Of a stretch of 64,000 nt of DNA, positions 54,733 through 64,000 are shown piece by piece (position 1 is the first letter of the stretch; the number at the start of each line of letters is the position of its first letter). The translations under genes and the position numbers were made by a program. The stretch comes from an uncultured Gammaproteobacteria bacterium. GTDB taxonomy: Bacteria; Patescibacteriota; Microgenomatia; Levybacterales; UBA12049. The notes beneath the pieces were generated by a model that was not told the origin of the DNA, searched no databases, and saw only the letters and a program-made list of their open reading frames with translations. The stretch covers positions 641,016 to 705,015 of the forward strand of contig CAZFRF010000001.1 in NCBI GenBank assembly GCA_964521295.1, written 5' to 3'.

Positions 54733-55125
54733 TTAAGTCAAACTTGCTCTTTTTTGAGCTTCCTCTAAGGCATTTATTCTACCTTGAGTTTCATGTTTCA
54801 TAGAATTTATTCCTTGCTGCCAATCCAAAAGACCTTTACCTAAGCCTACAACTGCAACACCACCAGCAGCCTTTAAAAATTTATTATTCTTAAATACCCC
54901 ATGATCTAAAACTAGAGGTAGAGAATAGGCTGAAGCAGAAATTGTAGCTGATAATAAACTTAAACCAAGTCTTCTTCTCCCCAAGACCGTATTTGCTCTA
55001 CCTACAGACTCAAATTCTTCTCCCCAAACGTGACCCAAGTCATCAGTACTATAAAGTCTTACTAAAGAACTTCCGTTGTTTCCTATAATCTCAGCATGGT
55101 GATGTACAGTAGATTTCTCCTTCAT
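54733..55125 (-). CDS. Orphan protein with Gly/Ala-rich hydrophobic hairpin
   Basis: 130-aa ORF; TTGACA-17-TATAGT promoter upstream. Confidence 0.6.
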   Translation of the reverse strand: MKEKSTVHHHAEIIGNNGSSLVRLYSTDDLGHVWGEEFESVGRANTVLGRRRLGLSLLSATISASAYSLPLVLDHGVFKNNKFLKAAGGVAVVGLGKGLLDWQQGINSMKHETQGRINALEEAQKRASLT

Positions 55126-55171
55126 AAACGCTTAGGACTATAGCAATTCGGAAATAGATTGTCAAACCAGC

Positions 55172-56185
55172 CTATTTCTTTGGATAAGGAAGTTTAAAGT
55201 GTTGATATGCAAGTTCAGTAGCAACTCTTCCTCTAGCTGTTTTTTTCAAAAAACCAATTTGCATTAAATATGGCTCGACTACTTCTTCTATTGTTCCCAT
55301 ATCCTCAGAGATGGTTGAGGCAATTGTCTCAACTCCAACTGGGCCACCATTGTGCTTTTGAATAATCGCTTTTAAATATCTTACATCTGAAGAGTCTAAG
55401 CCAACCTCATCGACCTCGAGAAGATCTAGAGCTTTTTTGACCATTTCTCGGACTAACTTTCCATCACCCTCTACCTGAACAAAGTCACGAGCTCTTTTTA
55501 AAAGTTTTAATCCAATCCTTGGTGTTCCTCGAGCTCTTTTTGCTATTTCTTTTATTGACTCTGCGTCAATTGGCATTTTTAATTTTAATGCTGCTTTTCT
55601 AATTATTTCTTCTAGATTTTTTGGCTCATAGAAAGAAAGTCTTTGAGTTACTCCAAATCTATCTCTTAAAGGAGCTGACATTAGCCCAATACGCGTAGTC
55701 GCACCGATAATTGTAAAGGGAGGAAGGTCTAGCCTTAAAGTACGAGCGGATGGGCCTTTGCCAATAATAATATCTAAAGCGTAATCCTCCATGGCTGGAT
55801 ACAAAGTCTCCTCAACTACTTTATTTAATCTATGAATTTCATCGATAAAAAGAATGTCTCCTTTTTCTAAATTTGTTAAAATTGAGGCTAAATCACCAGC
55901 TCTTTCAATAGCTGGACCAGATGTTACTCTAATATTTACTCCCATTTCCTTTGCAATTAAGTGCGAAAGTGTCGTTTTACCAAGACCAGGGGGGCCATAC
56001 AGTAAAACATGCTCTATAGATTCTTTACGCTTTTTAGCTGCTGAAATAGAAATCTGCAATGATTTCTTTAAATTCTCTTGTCCGTAAAACTCATCCCATG
56101 AAGACGCGCGTAGGGAAGTAAACAATATCTCTTCTTCTGGAGATTTAGTTTCTTTTTTTGTTTTTTCTTTAGAATTATCTTTCAT
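55172..56185 (-). CDS. ruvB: Holliday junction branch migration helicase RuvB
   Basis: [38 protein letters not shown]. Confidence 0.98.
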   Translation of the reverse strand: MKDNSKEKTKKETKSPEEEILFTSLRASSWDEFYGQENLKKSLQISISAAKKRKESIEHVLLYGPPGLGKTTLSHLIAKEMGVNIRVTSGPAIERAGDLASILTNLEKGDILFIDEIHRLNKVVEETLYPAMEDYALDIIIGKGPSARTLRLDLPPFTIIGATTRIGLMSAPLRDRFGVTQRLSFYEPKNLEEIIRKAALKLKMPIDAESIKEIAKRARGTPRIGLKLLKRARDFVQVEGDGKLVREMVKKALDLLEVDEVGLDSSDVRYLKAIIQKHNGGPVGVETIASTISEDMGTIEEVVEPYLMQIGFLKKTARGRVATELAYQHFKLPYPKK

Positions 56186-56757
56186 TTACCTAAACTCTTT
56201 AAAGCAAACTTAATCTTTGCGTCCACCGATAAATTTTGATCCTTAATTTCTCCTAAAGCTTTTTGAGATTCTGCGACGCTAAAGCCAAAATTCTTTAATG
56301 CCTCTATTACATCTTTATTATCCTCAAAATCCTTGCCTGAAAGATCTAACTGCGAAGTATTTCCCATTTTATTTTTAAGTTCAATTATCACCTTTTGCGC
56401 ATTTTTTGTACCTAACCTAGGTACAGCTGTAAAAAAAGAAACATTTCCTTTTATTATTGCCTCAATTATATCTTTTCGCTCACCAAATGAAAAAATATTC
56501 AAAGCAGTTTTGGGCCCAATTCCAGAAACAGAGATTAAATCTTCAAATAAATCTAAATCTTCAATCTCGGAAAATCCAAACAAATCCAAGGCGTCTTCGC
56601 GAACATACGTAAAAGTATAAAGTTTTATATTTTGTCCAACGGTTAATTTTTTATAGACATTATCTGAAACCAAAACTTTGTATCCAACGCCACTTACATC
56701 AATAAGCACATATGGTCTTTTAAGAAGATCTATTTTTCCAATGAGGGAACCTATCAT
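56182..56757 (-). CDS. ruvA: Holliday junction branch migration protein RuvA
   Basis: [28 protein letters not shown]. Confidence 0.96.
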   Translation of the reverse strand: MIGSLIGKIDLLKRPYVLIDVSGVGYKVLVSDNVYKKLTVGQNIKLYTFTYVREDALDLFGFSEIEDLDLFEDLISVSGIGPKTALNIFSFGERKDIIEAIIKGNVSFFTAVPRLGTKNAQKVIIELKNKMGNTSQLDLSGKDFEDNKDVIEALKNFGFSVAESQKALGEIKDQNLSVDAKIKFALKSLGK

Positions 56758-56781
56758 AAACTTTACTGATTATAGCACAGC

Positions 56782-57270
56782 TTATTTAGAAAACTGAGCT
56801 GTTTTTACAGAGAACGCATAAGTTGCGGCAATTGCTAAAGCATCAGCAGTATCATCGAACTTGGGAATCTCTTTAAGGCCATACAAAAGCTTAATCATTT
56901 GACCGATTTGTTTTTTTTCAGCCCTCCCATAACCAGTAATTGCCATTTTTACCTCTAGCGGTGTATAAATCCCCAATTCTAAATTATTCTGCGACGCTAG
57001 CAGTAACACCACACCTCTTGCTTGTCCAACTACAAATGCCGTCTTGGCATTACTACCAAAAAACAATTCTTCAATAGATAATCTATCAGGTTTATATTTT
57101 TTAATTGTTTTTGCTAAAAATAAATAAATTTCTTCCAACCTCTTCTCTACCTCCAACTTAGAGCTAGTCTCAATACAGCCATAATCTATAGCTTTTAGCT
57201 TGGAACCACTATAATCTACAATTGCCCATCCGCACCTACCTATTCCGGGATCAATTCCGAGGATTCTCAT
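56782..57270 (-). CDS. ruvC: Crossover junction endodeoxyribonuclease RuvC
   Basis: ILGIDPG, IEELFF, GQARGV, GYGRAEK, DDTADALAIA. Confidence 0.97.
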   Translation of the reverse strand: MRILGIDPGIGRCGWAIVDYSGSKLKAIDYGCIETSSKLEVEKRLEEIYLFLAKTIKKYKPDRLSIEELFFGSNAKTAFVVGQARGVVLLLASQNNLELGIYTPLEVKMAITGYGRAEKKQIGQMIKLLYGLKEIPKFDDTADALAIAATYAFSVKTAQFSK

Positions 57271-57323
57271 TTTTCGATTATATCACTTGCCAAACCCCAA
57301 GCATTCAGGTAGAATAGTTAACT

Positions 57324-58031
57324 ATGAAGCACGAAAAGCTTAAGGTAGAGACAAGAAAAGTCTTAGGTAAAAAAGTTAGAAAGCTAAGACGCGAAGGCAT
57401 ATTGCCTGCAAATGTCTATGGGAAAGACATTGAATCAACCGCAGTTCAAGTTTCAACACAAGCATTTATCGATGTTTATTCCAAAACTGGCGAAACCGGC
57501 CTTGTAGACTTGGAATTAGATGGAAAAACAATTCCAGTTTTAATTCAAAACGTATATCAAGATTTCAGACAAAATTATCTCCATGCAGATTTCTTCAAAG
57601 TTAACTTAAAAGAAAAAGTTAAAGCCAATATCCCACTTGAAGTTATTGGTGAACCAAAAGCAGTTACTGAAAAGGTCGGAATCTTAATGAATATTATCTC
57701 AGAAGTCGAAGTTGAAGCTCTTCCATCAGAACTTCCTGAAAAAATTGAAGTTAATGTTGAAAATCTTTCTAATGTTGGAGATCAAATTACCGTTGCTGAT
57801 TTAACAATTAGCCCAGACGTAACTATCTTAACAGATGCAGGTCAAATTGTAGCTAAAATTGACGAATTAGTTTCCAAAGAAGCTCAAGAGCAAGCTGCCG
57901 AAGAAGCCGCAGCAGCTGAAGCCGCAGCAGCTGAAGGTGCTGAAGGCGAAGCACCAGCTGAAGGATCAGAACAACCAGCAACCGAAGGCGAAGCACCAAC
58001 ACAAACCGAAGAAGCTCCCAAAGAAGCTTAA
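57324..58031 (+). CDS. rplY: 50S ribosomal protein L25/Ctc
   Basis: LRREGILPANVYG, LHADF, acidic Ala/Glu tail. Confidence 0.95.
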   Translation: MKHEKLKVETRKVLGKKVRKLRREGILPANVYGKDIESTAVQVSTQAFIDVYSKTGETGLVDLELDGKTIPVLIQNVYQDFRQNYLHADFFKVNLKEKVKANIPLEVIGEPKAVTEKVGILMNIISEVEVEALPSELPEKIEVNVENLSNVGDQITVADLTISPDVTILTDAGQIVAKIDELVSKEAQEQAAEEAAAAEAAAAEGAEGEAPAEGSEQPATEGEAPTQTEEAPKEA

Positions 58032-58480
58032 TACCCCTTTTGTTTTAATTCTTTATCCAATTCTAATAATTCTTTCTCATTTGGACTATACTTTAAAGCT
58101 GAATCCAAAGAATCTCTACTCTCTTTAAATTTACCTAATTGAAAGTATAAAATCGCAATATTAAAATACCCATGAGAATATCCTTCATATTTTTGAGTTA
58201 TAGACTTCCAAAAATTTATTTTTCCTTCTATCTGAACTCTTTGGTTTGACAATTTTGTGTATGTGTCTAAATTTTGTGAAAATCTAAAGGCTAGAAATAT
58301 TGTTAAACTTGCTAAAATTACAATTAAAATTAAGGTTAAAATTGTCGAAGCTACTACGATACTCTTCTTAATTACTGGAGTTTTATTTATTTGTTGCCAT
58401 TTTTTAGAAAGAACCCCAAAATATGAGTTTTCGGTAAATCTTCGGGGAATATTCGGGAATTTATTCGGTAATTTTTTCAT
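58028..58480 (-). CDS. Single-TM protein with C-terminal TPR-like repeat
   Basis: TM followed by YFNIAILYFQLG...ALKYSPN. Confidence 0.7.
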   Translation of the reverse strand: MKKLPNKFPNIPRRFTENSYFGVLSKKWQQINKTPVIKKSIVVASTILTLILIVILASLTIFLAFRFSQNLDTYTKLSNQRVQIEGKINFWKSITQKYEGYSHGYFNIAILYFQLGKFKESRDSLDSALKYSPNEKELLELDKELKQKGY

Positions 58481-60644
58481 CTGCTAAATATTTAGCTTCA
58501 AAATTTGGCCATCTTGAAATCATCAGGTATTCCCCACTACCCCACAGCTTTTGATAGATCTCTTCTGTAATAAAAGGCATAAAAGGATGCAAAAGCTTTA
58601 AGATGACCAAGAAGCTTGATGTTAAGACCTCAAAAGTATCTTTTGAATTCAAATCCTCTTCGCTAAGCGCTTCTTTAGATTTTTCAATATAATAATCAGC
58701 AAATCTATGCCAAGCAAAATCATAGAGCTTTTCTGAAGCTAAATTAAACTGAAAAGCATCAATATTTTTAGTAATTTCTATGGCTAGTTCTTTAATTTCT
58801 GAAGTAAGCTCTTTGTTAGAATTTAACTTGTAAGCTTTTTGTTTTTCTAATAATTCATTTAAAGAAAGACTTGAGACATGTAAATCTGGCTTTTGACTTA
58901 TTTGATATTCAATAAATCTAGCCATATTCCAAAGTTTATTAGCGAATTTTCTAGCTGCATCTAACTTAGTGTATGACAAAGACTGATCGTTACCAGTAGC
59001 GTTTCCATATATAAGCGCAAATCTAACAGCATCCGCTCCATACTGATCAATTAGCTCTAAAGGATTAACTACATTGCCCTTACTCTTACTCATCTTTTTA
59101 CCATATGGGTCATTCACTAAACCATGAAATAAAACATTTTTAAATGGTATCTCCCCTGTTACATATACTCCTAACATCACCATTCTCGAGACCCATGCTT
59201 TTAAAATATCGTAAGCAGTCTCCATGACTGAAGTTGGATAAAATGTTTCGAAATCCCCTGCCCCTGCGGTTTTTAATGTAACATAGGGCCATTGTCCTGA
59301 AGAAAACCAAGTATCAAAGGTATCCGTATCTTGAACTAAATTAATTCCCGAGCATTTCCCGCATTTTTCCCTAATTTCCCCTTCTGTTACGCTCCACTCT
59401 CCACAATCCTGACATTTCCAAGCTGGAATTCTAATTCCCCAAACGATTTGCCTAGAAATATTCCAATCCCTTAAGCCCTCTAGCCATTGAAAATAAATAG
59501 TTTCAAAATTTTTAGGGGTAATTTTAATCTTACCTTCTTTAACTATTTCAATAGCTTTTTTCTTCAACCCCTCAACTTTAATAAACCATTGCTCAAGAGG
59601 AAGCGGTTCAATTGGATTCTTACATTTATAGCAAAGGGCAATTCTGTGAACATAGTTTTCGTCTACATGATCAATCAGCCCTTTTTCTTGCATTTCAGCC
59701 ACTATCTGCTTTCTGGCCTCCTTGGCATACAAACCTGCAAATTTTCCTGCTTTAGTCATCATCTTACCGTCATAACCTATTACTTGAACCAGGGGTAAAT
59801 CATGCCTTTTAGAGACTTCAAAATCATCGAAATCATGAGCAGGAGTAATTTTTACCACACCTGTGCCAAATTCTGGATCAACGAACTCATCGGCTACTAC
59901 TTTTATCTTAGCTTTACCCAAAACTGTCTCGATTTCAATTTCTTTACCGATATACTCAAGATAGCGCTTATCCTTAGGATTAACTGCTACAGCTGTATCG
60001 CCAAATTTAGTTTCTGGTCGAGTTGTGGCTAAAACTAATGGACCATATTTAATGTAATACAAAGGATTTGTTCTTTCTTCGTAAACTACTTCTAAATCCG
60101 AGAAACTTGTACCATCAAATGTACAATAATTAACTAATTTGTAGTCTCTATAGACTAGGCCATCATCATACATTTTTTTGAATGTTTGATAAACTAGCTT
60201 AACAATATCTGAATCTAAAGTATATTTTTCCCTAGACCAATCTAAAGAAAGCCCTAATTTTCTTAATTGATTTTCAATTCCTCCCCTATTCTCTTCTACG
60301 TAATCAAAAATCATTTTATAGAGTGTTTCTTGATCAAAATCTAAGCGAGATTTACCCTCTGATTTTAATTTTTTCTCAAATACAAATTGAGTCTCTATCC
60401 CCGCATGATCTGTCCCTGGAAGCCAAAGAGTTTTGTCGCCTAACATCCTGTGGTATCTAACTAGAATATCTTCGACTGTAAACATTGCATGACCAAAATG
60501 AAGTGCTCCATTAGCGTTTGGTGGGGGTAAAATTATGGAAAATGGCTTTCCATTAGGATTAATTTCTGGTTTAAAAAAACCTTTTTCTTCCCATGTTTTG
60601 TAATTTTTTTCTTCTGTAACTTTATGATCGTAAATTTTGTCCAT
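58461..60644 (-). CDS. valS: Valine--tRNA ligase (short form)
   Basis: PPPNANGALHFGH, DHAGIETQ, ATTRPET, GTGVVKITPAHD, WNISRQ, DTWFSS, KMSKS. Confidence 0.97.
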   Translation of the reverse strand: MDKIYDHKVTEEKNYKTWEEKGFFKPEINPNGKPFSIILPPPNANGALHFGHAMFTVEDILVRYHRMLGDKTLWLPGTDHAGIETQFVFEKKLKSEGKSRLDFDQETLYKMIFDYVEENRGGIENQLRKLGLSLDWSREKYTLDSDIVKLVYQTFKKMYDDGLVYRDYKLVNYCTFDGTSFSDLEVVYEERTNPLYYIKYGPLVLATTRPETKFGDTAVAVNPKDKRYLEYIGKEIEIETVLGKAKIKVVADEFVDPEFGTGVVKITPAHDFDDFEVSKRHDLPLVQVIGYDGKMMTKAGKFAGLYAKEARKQIVAEMQEKGLIDHVDENYVHRIALCYKCKNPIEPLPLEQWFIKVEGLKKKAIEIVKEGKIKITPKNFETIYFQWLEGLRDWNISRQIVWGIRIPAWKCQDCGEWSVTEGEIREKCGKCSGINLVQDTDTFDTWFSSGQWPYVTLKTAGAGDFETFYPTSVMETAYDILKAWVSRMVMLGVYVTGEIPFKNVLFHGLVNDPYGKKMSKSKGNVVNPLELIDQYGADAVRFALIYGNATGNDQSLSYTKLDAARKFANKLWNMARFIEYQISQKPDLHVSSLSLNELLEKQKAYKLNSNKELTSEIKELAIEITKNIDAFQFNLASEKLYDFAWHRFADYYIEKSKEALSEEDLNSKDTFEVLTSSFLVILKLLHPFMPFITEEIYQKLWGSGEYLMISRWPNFEAKYLADEKITE

Positions 60645-60670
60645 TAAGCTATTTTAACATAGCCTCGAGG

Positions 60671-61981
60671 CTAACTCAATGCAGCTTCAATTAATTTATA
60701 TCCTCTGGTTTTAACTGTTAAAATTTCAAATTTATTACTCTGATCCTTTAATTTTCCCCTAACTCTAGCCACTAATTTATCCACTGCCCAATCCGAAACG
60801 CCCAACTCCTCTTCTTCTGGCCAAACAACCTCTATTATGTCTTCTCTCTCGCAGAGTTTATCTTTATTTTCAAGCAAGAAATTAAAAAGAATATTTTCTT
60901 TTTTACTAAATTCCCTTGCGCTATCCTTAGTCTCTGTTTGTAGGGATTTAGCTAAAACAAATTCTTCAAAAAGAAGACTAAATATCTTATCATGGACTCC
61001 GCCAGTTACGATAAATCCTGTATCCCACAAGTATGCTCCCTCTCGTTTTTCCTCAGATAAAATATTTTCTTTTTTAGCAATTTTTATTAACACATCTTGT
61101 TCTTTTTTATCTAGTGTTTCCCACAACTCTTCTGATTGGAAACTAATTCTTTCATCATTTATTAAGCCTAAATACAAATCCTCTTTAGTTTTAATCTCGC
61201 CTCCTTTTTCATGAAGAAAGATTAAAGCAAGTTGCAAATACTGCGTATAACCATCAACTAAATCAAAAAAGTAATTTTCAAATTCAGATTTTAATTTAAT
61301 ACCTGATCTTTTTTTATATGCATCATAAATTACCTTAACATCGTCTCGCTTGGCTGGTTTTAAATACATGTTTCTAAAAAAGACTGACCAAGAAGTACTT
61401 GGAGCAAGCTGGGGAATTAACTTTTTTAACGATCTATAACTCGTGAATACAAAAGACACTTGTTGATTAAATGCTTTTATGCCTTCGAGGTTTGCGAAAA
61501 ACTCTGAGGTAACAACATTTTTGATTCTGTCGAAGCGCAGAAAAAATAATGTAGTTGAATACCCCTGCTCTGTGATCAAAGACAAAGCAATTCTCACGCA
61601 ATCAATTGTAAAGAAAAGATCTTGAAGCTGAATACTTTCCAGAAACATATTACCTATTCTCTTCTTCACCTTTATATCAATTGGTGATTTATCTACCAAA
61701 TCAACTAACCTTTTTAGGGTTAGTGTCCAAAAAGGAATAATCTCTGTTTCAACCAAATCATTCAGATCAACTGCGATAAATAAGTGTTTTTTGTAATCTT
61801 TAATGTATGTTCCCGGAATATCAATGTTATTTATAAAAAATCTTAAAAAATTACTTATTCCAACTTTTCTCATCCCTACCAAGACAACACTGTGTCTGTT
61901 TTTTAAATGCTTTCCAAGCTCTATAGAATCCCCTTGCCTAAAGGTTAACGGATAACTTGTTTCAATAATTCCTTCAATCAT
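60671..61981 (-). CDS. Degenerate AAA/NTPase-like domain with C-terminal OmpR-type winged-helix DNA-binding domain
   Basis: VLVGMRKVGIS (altered Walker A); FSKKE..LF.FL...REDII..VW...AVDKLVARVRGKL...TVKTRGY. Confidence 0.75.
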   Translation of the reverse strand: MIEGIIETSYPLTFRQGDSIELGKHLKNRHSVVLVGMRKVGISNFLRFFINNIDIPGTYIKDYKKHLFIAVDLNDLVETEIIPFWTLTLKRLVDLVDKSPIDIKVKKRIGNMFLESIQLQDLFFTIDCVRIALSLITEQGYSTTLFFLRFDRIKNVVTSEFFANLEGIKAFNQQVSFVFTSYRSLKKLIPQLAPSTSWSVFFRNMYLKPAKRDDVKVIYDAYKKRSGIKLKSEFENYFFDLVDGYTQYLQLALIFLHEKGGEIKTKEDLYLGLINDERISFQSEELWETLDKKEQDVLIKIAKKENILSEEKREGAYLWDTGFIVTGGVHDKIFSLLFEEFVLAKSLQTETKDSAREFSKKENILFNFLLENKDKLCEREDIIEVVWPEEEELGVSDWAVDKLVARVRGKLKDQSNKFEILTVKTRGYKLIEAALS

Positions 61982-62025
61982 ATTGCTAATTGTAATTTTT
62001 TAGCCTTAATATAGCAATAGCCTCA

Positions 62026-62044
62026 AATGTCAGTTTAATGTCAG
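62026..62044. promoter_or_regulatory. 11-bp-period direct repeat, putative OmpR/PhoB-type operator
   Basis: aatgtcag-ttt-aatgtcag about 45 bp upstream of the wHTH gene. Confidence 0.5.
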
Positions 62045-62100
62045 ACAAAAATCTAACTTGAGTCAAGCTCATTTCCTATATTTGACGTATCATATTTAAC

Positions 62101-62286
62101 ATGGCAACACCAGAAAGACCAATTGAGGTAAGACATCTTTCTCCAAAAGGAGATAGATTAGTAAGAGCAGGAGCTATTCACTTAGCTATTGTTGGAGGAG
62201 AAGTAACTCCCATTGCAGGAGTTAGAATAAAAAACCTAAATACAGGTGAAATTAGAGAACCTTTAACCTCCGGTATTAAAGCTTAA
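62101..62286 (+). CDS. Orphan 61-aa protein
   Basis: ORF with TATCAT 7 nt upstream, filling an intergenic gap. Confidence 0.55.
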   Translation: MATPERPIEVRHLSPKGDRLVRAGAIHLAIVGGEVTPIAGVRIKNLNTGEIREPLTSGIKA

Positions 62287-62326
62287 TCACTTTGCGATAA
62301 TACGGCAATTTTGAGATAATTATGCC

Positions 62327-62989
62327 GTGAATAAACAACAAGCTCTTAAGATTTTTAATATTCTTAAAAAGCATTACCCCAATGCAGAAACCATACTTAA
62401 ATTCTCAAATAATTTTGAGCTTCTTGTAAGTGTTATGCTCTCGGCACAAACTACAGATCTACAAGTAAATAAGGTTACTGCCCTTCTTTTCCCTAAATAT
62501 CAAAAACAAAATCCTAAATGCTTAAAACATTATGATCAGCTTAAAAACCTAGATCTTTCAAAAAAAGAATTAATCGAGATAATTAACTTTGCAGAAGCAA
62601 ACCTTGTTGAACTCGAAAATGATATTAAGTCAATTGGACTCTTCAAAACCAAAGCTAGAAATATTCAAGCAATGGCCAAACTGTTACTTAGAGATTTTAA
62701 GGGTTTAATTCCTAAAACAATAACGGAACTTACTAGCCTTCCAGGCGTAGGTCGAAAAACAGCAAATGTAGTTTTAGCAAATGCTTATGGTATTACTGAA
62801 GGAATTGCTGTTGATACTCATGTAAAAAAATTATCACTAAAATATGGACTTACCAAAAACACAAATCCCGATAAAATTGAAAAAGATTTAATGCATCTTT
62901 TCCCCAAAGAAAAATGGATAGAACTTACCTATCTTCTGATTGATCATGGAAGAAATCTAAAAAATTTAAAACAAGACTTTATTTCTTAG
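62327..62989 (+). CDS. nth: Endonuclease III (HhH-GPD glycosylase) lacking the 4Fe-4S motif
   Basis: LSAQTTD, LPGVGRKTANVV, AVDTHV, HGR. Confidence 0.9.
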   Translation: MNKQQALKIFNILKKHYPNAETILKFSNNFELLVSVMLSAQTTDLQVNKVTALLFPKYQKQNPKCLKHYDQLKNLDLSKKELIEIINFAEANLVELENDIKSIGLFKTKARNIQAMAKLLLRDFKGLIPKTITELTSLPGVGRKTANVVLANAYGITEGIAVDTHVKKLSLKYGLTKNTNPDKIEKDLMHLFPKEKWIELTYLLIDHGRNLKNLKQDFIS

Positions 62990-64000
62990 CAAGATTCAAC
63001 ACAAGCCTTTGGTCTGTTAAAACATCTTTAGACATGTATACCCTTGCCCCCTCAGTTTTAAACTTATCAGAAGCATTAACTAATCTAAATGTCCCAGGAA
63101 AACTTACTGACAAAACATAGGGAAAACTATCTATACCTGGTTGTTTATATAATTTTAAATCATAAATAAATTCAGGCCTTAGTACATTTATTTTCTCAGG
63201 CATATCGAAAGTTAACTCTATCTTTTTTAAAGAATTAGCTTCTACTGAATTTAAAAAGCCAAAAATCGTCTTTCCTTCTTCATTTTGCTGATCAACCTCA
63301 AATCCGACTGGGGGAATAAAATTTTTTGCCTCATATTTAATTGGGTTGGTAATCGCAGGAGTGATGCTTTGCACTGTATCATTAATCTTTAATCCCACTA
63401 ATTTCGTTCCAGCAGGAGTGAGTAGTCTAAGATAGCTTTTATAAAAGCTTTTTTTACCTAAAGACGCTGGCGCATTGTTTTTAAAATTAATTTGAATTTT
63501 TTGAGCAACATGTCCTTTATCATCAATAACTACATTTTGCGAAACGCTCCTGCTAATATAATAGTTCACTTTATTTGCACCTAAATTTGCTTCATTAATT
63601 CCAAAATAATCATTAAAAATTGTGTCGCTTTTCTTACGTGTATCCAAAAGGGTTGATCCCCATCCATTTACAGAAAAAACAGATTGTAGGGCAACATTAT
63701 TAAAAGCAAATAAAATATGCTTTTCAAATATTGAATCTGATAAAGATTTAATAAGAGATGTATACGCTAAGTTCTTGTCTTGATTAAGCTTTGTCTGAAG
63801 TGATTTATATAATGCATTTAAAAAATCTTTTTTCTGAGTAGACCCAGGGAAAAAGTTATCCTCTACATGTGCCGTAACAACCCTAAGTAAATTATCCGCA
63901 CTTACTGTTTCATTGTAATCTAAAACTTTAACTGGACCAGTAGCACTTAAAATACTTTTTACAAACGATAAGTCTACTGCCATTACCCCATCCACAGCTT
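62979..64000 (-). CDS. DUF4012-type large surface protein, C-terminal part (start beyond the window)
   Basis: DGVMAVD...L.ATGPV, EANLGANKVN, YLRL..P.G, KQPG. Confidence 0.75.
   Translation of the reverse strand, partial: AVDGVMAVDLSFVKSILSATGPVKVLDYNETVSADNLLRVVTAHVEDNFFPGSTQKKDFLNALYKSLQTKLNQDKNLAYTSLIKSLSDSIFEKHILFAFNNVALQSVFSVNGWGSTLLDTRKKSDTIFNDYFGINEANLGANKVNYYISRSVSQNVVIDDKGHVAQKIQINFKNNAPASLGKKSFYKSYLRLLTPAGTKLVGLKINDTVQSITPAITNPIKYEAKNFIPPVGFEVDQQNEEGKTIFGFLNSVEANSLKKIELTFDMPEKINVLRPEFIYDLKLYKQPGIDSFPYVLSVSFPGTFRLVNASDKFKTEGARVYMSKDVLTDQRLVLNLAKK

Noticed and set aside
57903-57998. 15-bp tandem repeats in the rplY tail
   Set aside because: Ordinary low-complexity Ala/Glu tail of L25/Ctc

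Overview
AT-rich, gene-dense bacterial chromosome segment using the standard genetic code (TGA is a stop, e.g. purA). The reduced housekeeping proteins (short ValS, TpiA, RpoD, LepA; Nth without an Fe-S cluster), pilN/pilO, DUF4012 and many orphans point to a Patescibacteria/CPR organism, probably Microgenomates (inference). Core genes: tatD, groES/EL, lepA, murJ, rpsT, tpiA, pcrA, pyk, rpoD, dnaG, purA, ruvABC, rplY, valS, nth, tRNA-Asn(GTT). Envelope genes: GT2 and several GT-C glycosyltransferases, WecA, a UbiA-family phosphoribosyltransferase, LCP, FemX, two LPxTG-tailed Thr/Pro-rich surface proteins and a class F sortase. A redox block holds Ni-SOD with its protease, MsrA and an ApbE/FMN-binding/RnfD-FNR module. 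Also present are topoisomerase IB and an AT-rich amino-sugar cluster. Highlights absent from the ORF track: (1) a 48-aa secreted Thr-rich micro-protein ending in APATGFGGN directly abutting the class F sortase; (2) a ~1 kb integrase-less array of two single-gene cassettes bounded by copies of the tRNA-Asn 3' end; (3) a 52-aa His/Cys microprotein; (4) window-wide leaderless promoters; (5) a variant CIRCE and an 11-bp-period operator. No CRISPR array, rRNA or intact transposase/integrase was seen. All product calls come from motif recognition, not database searches.
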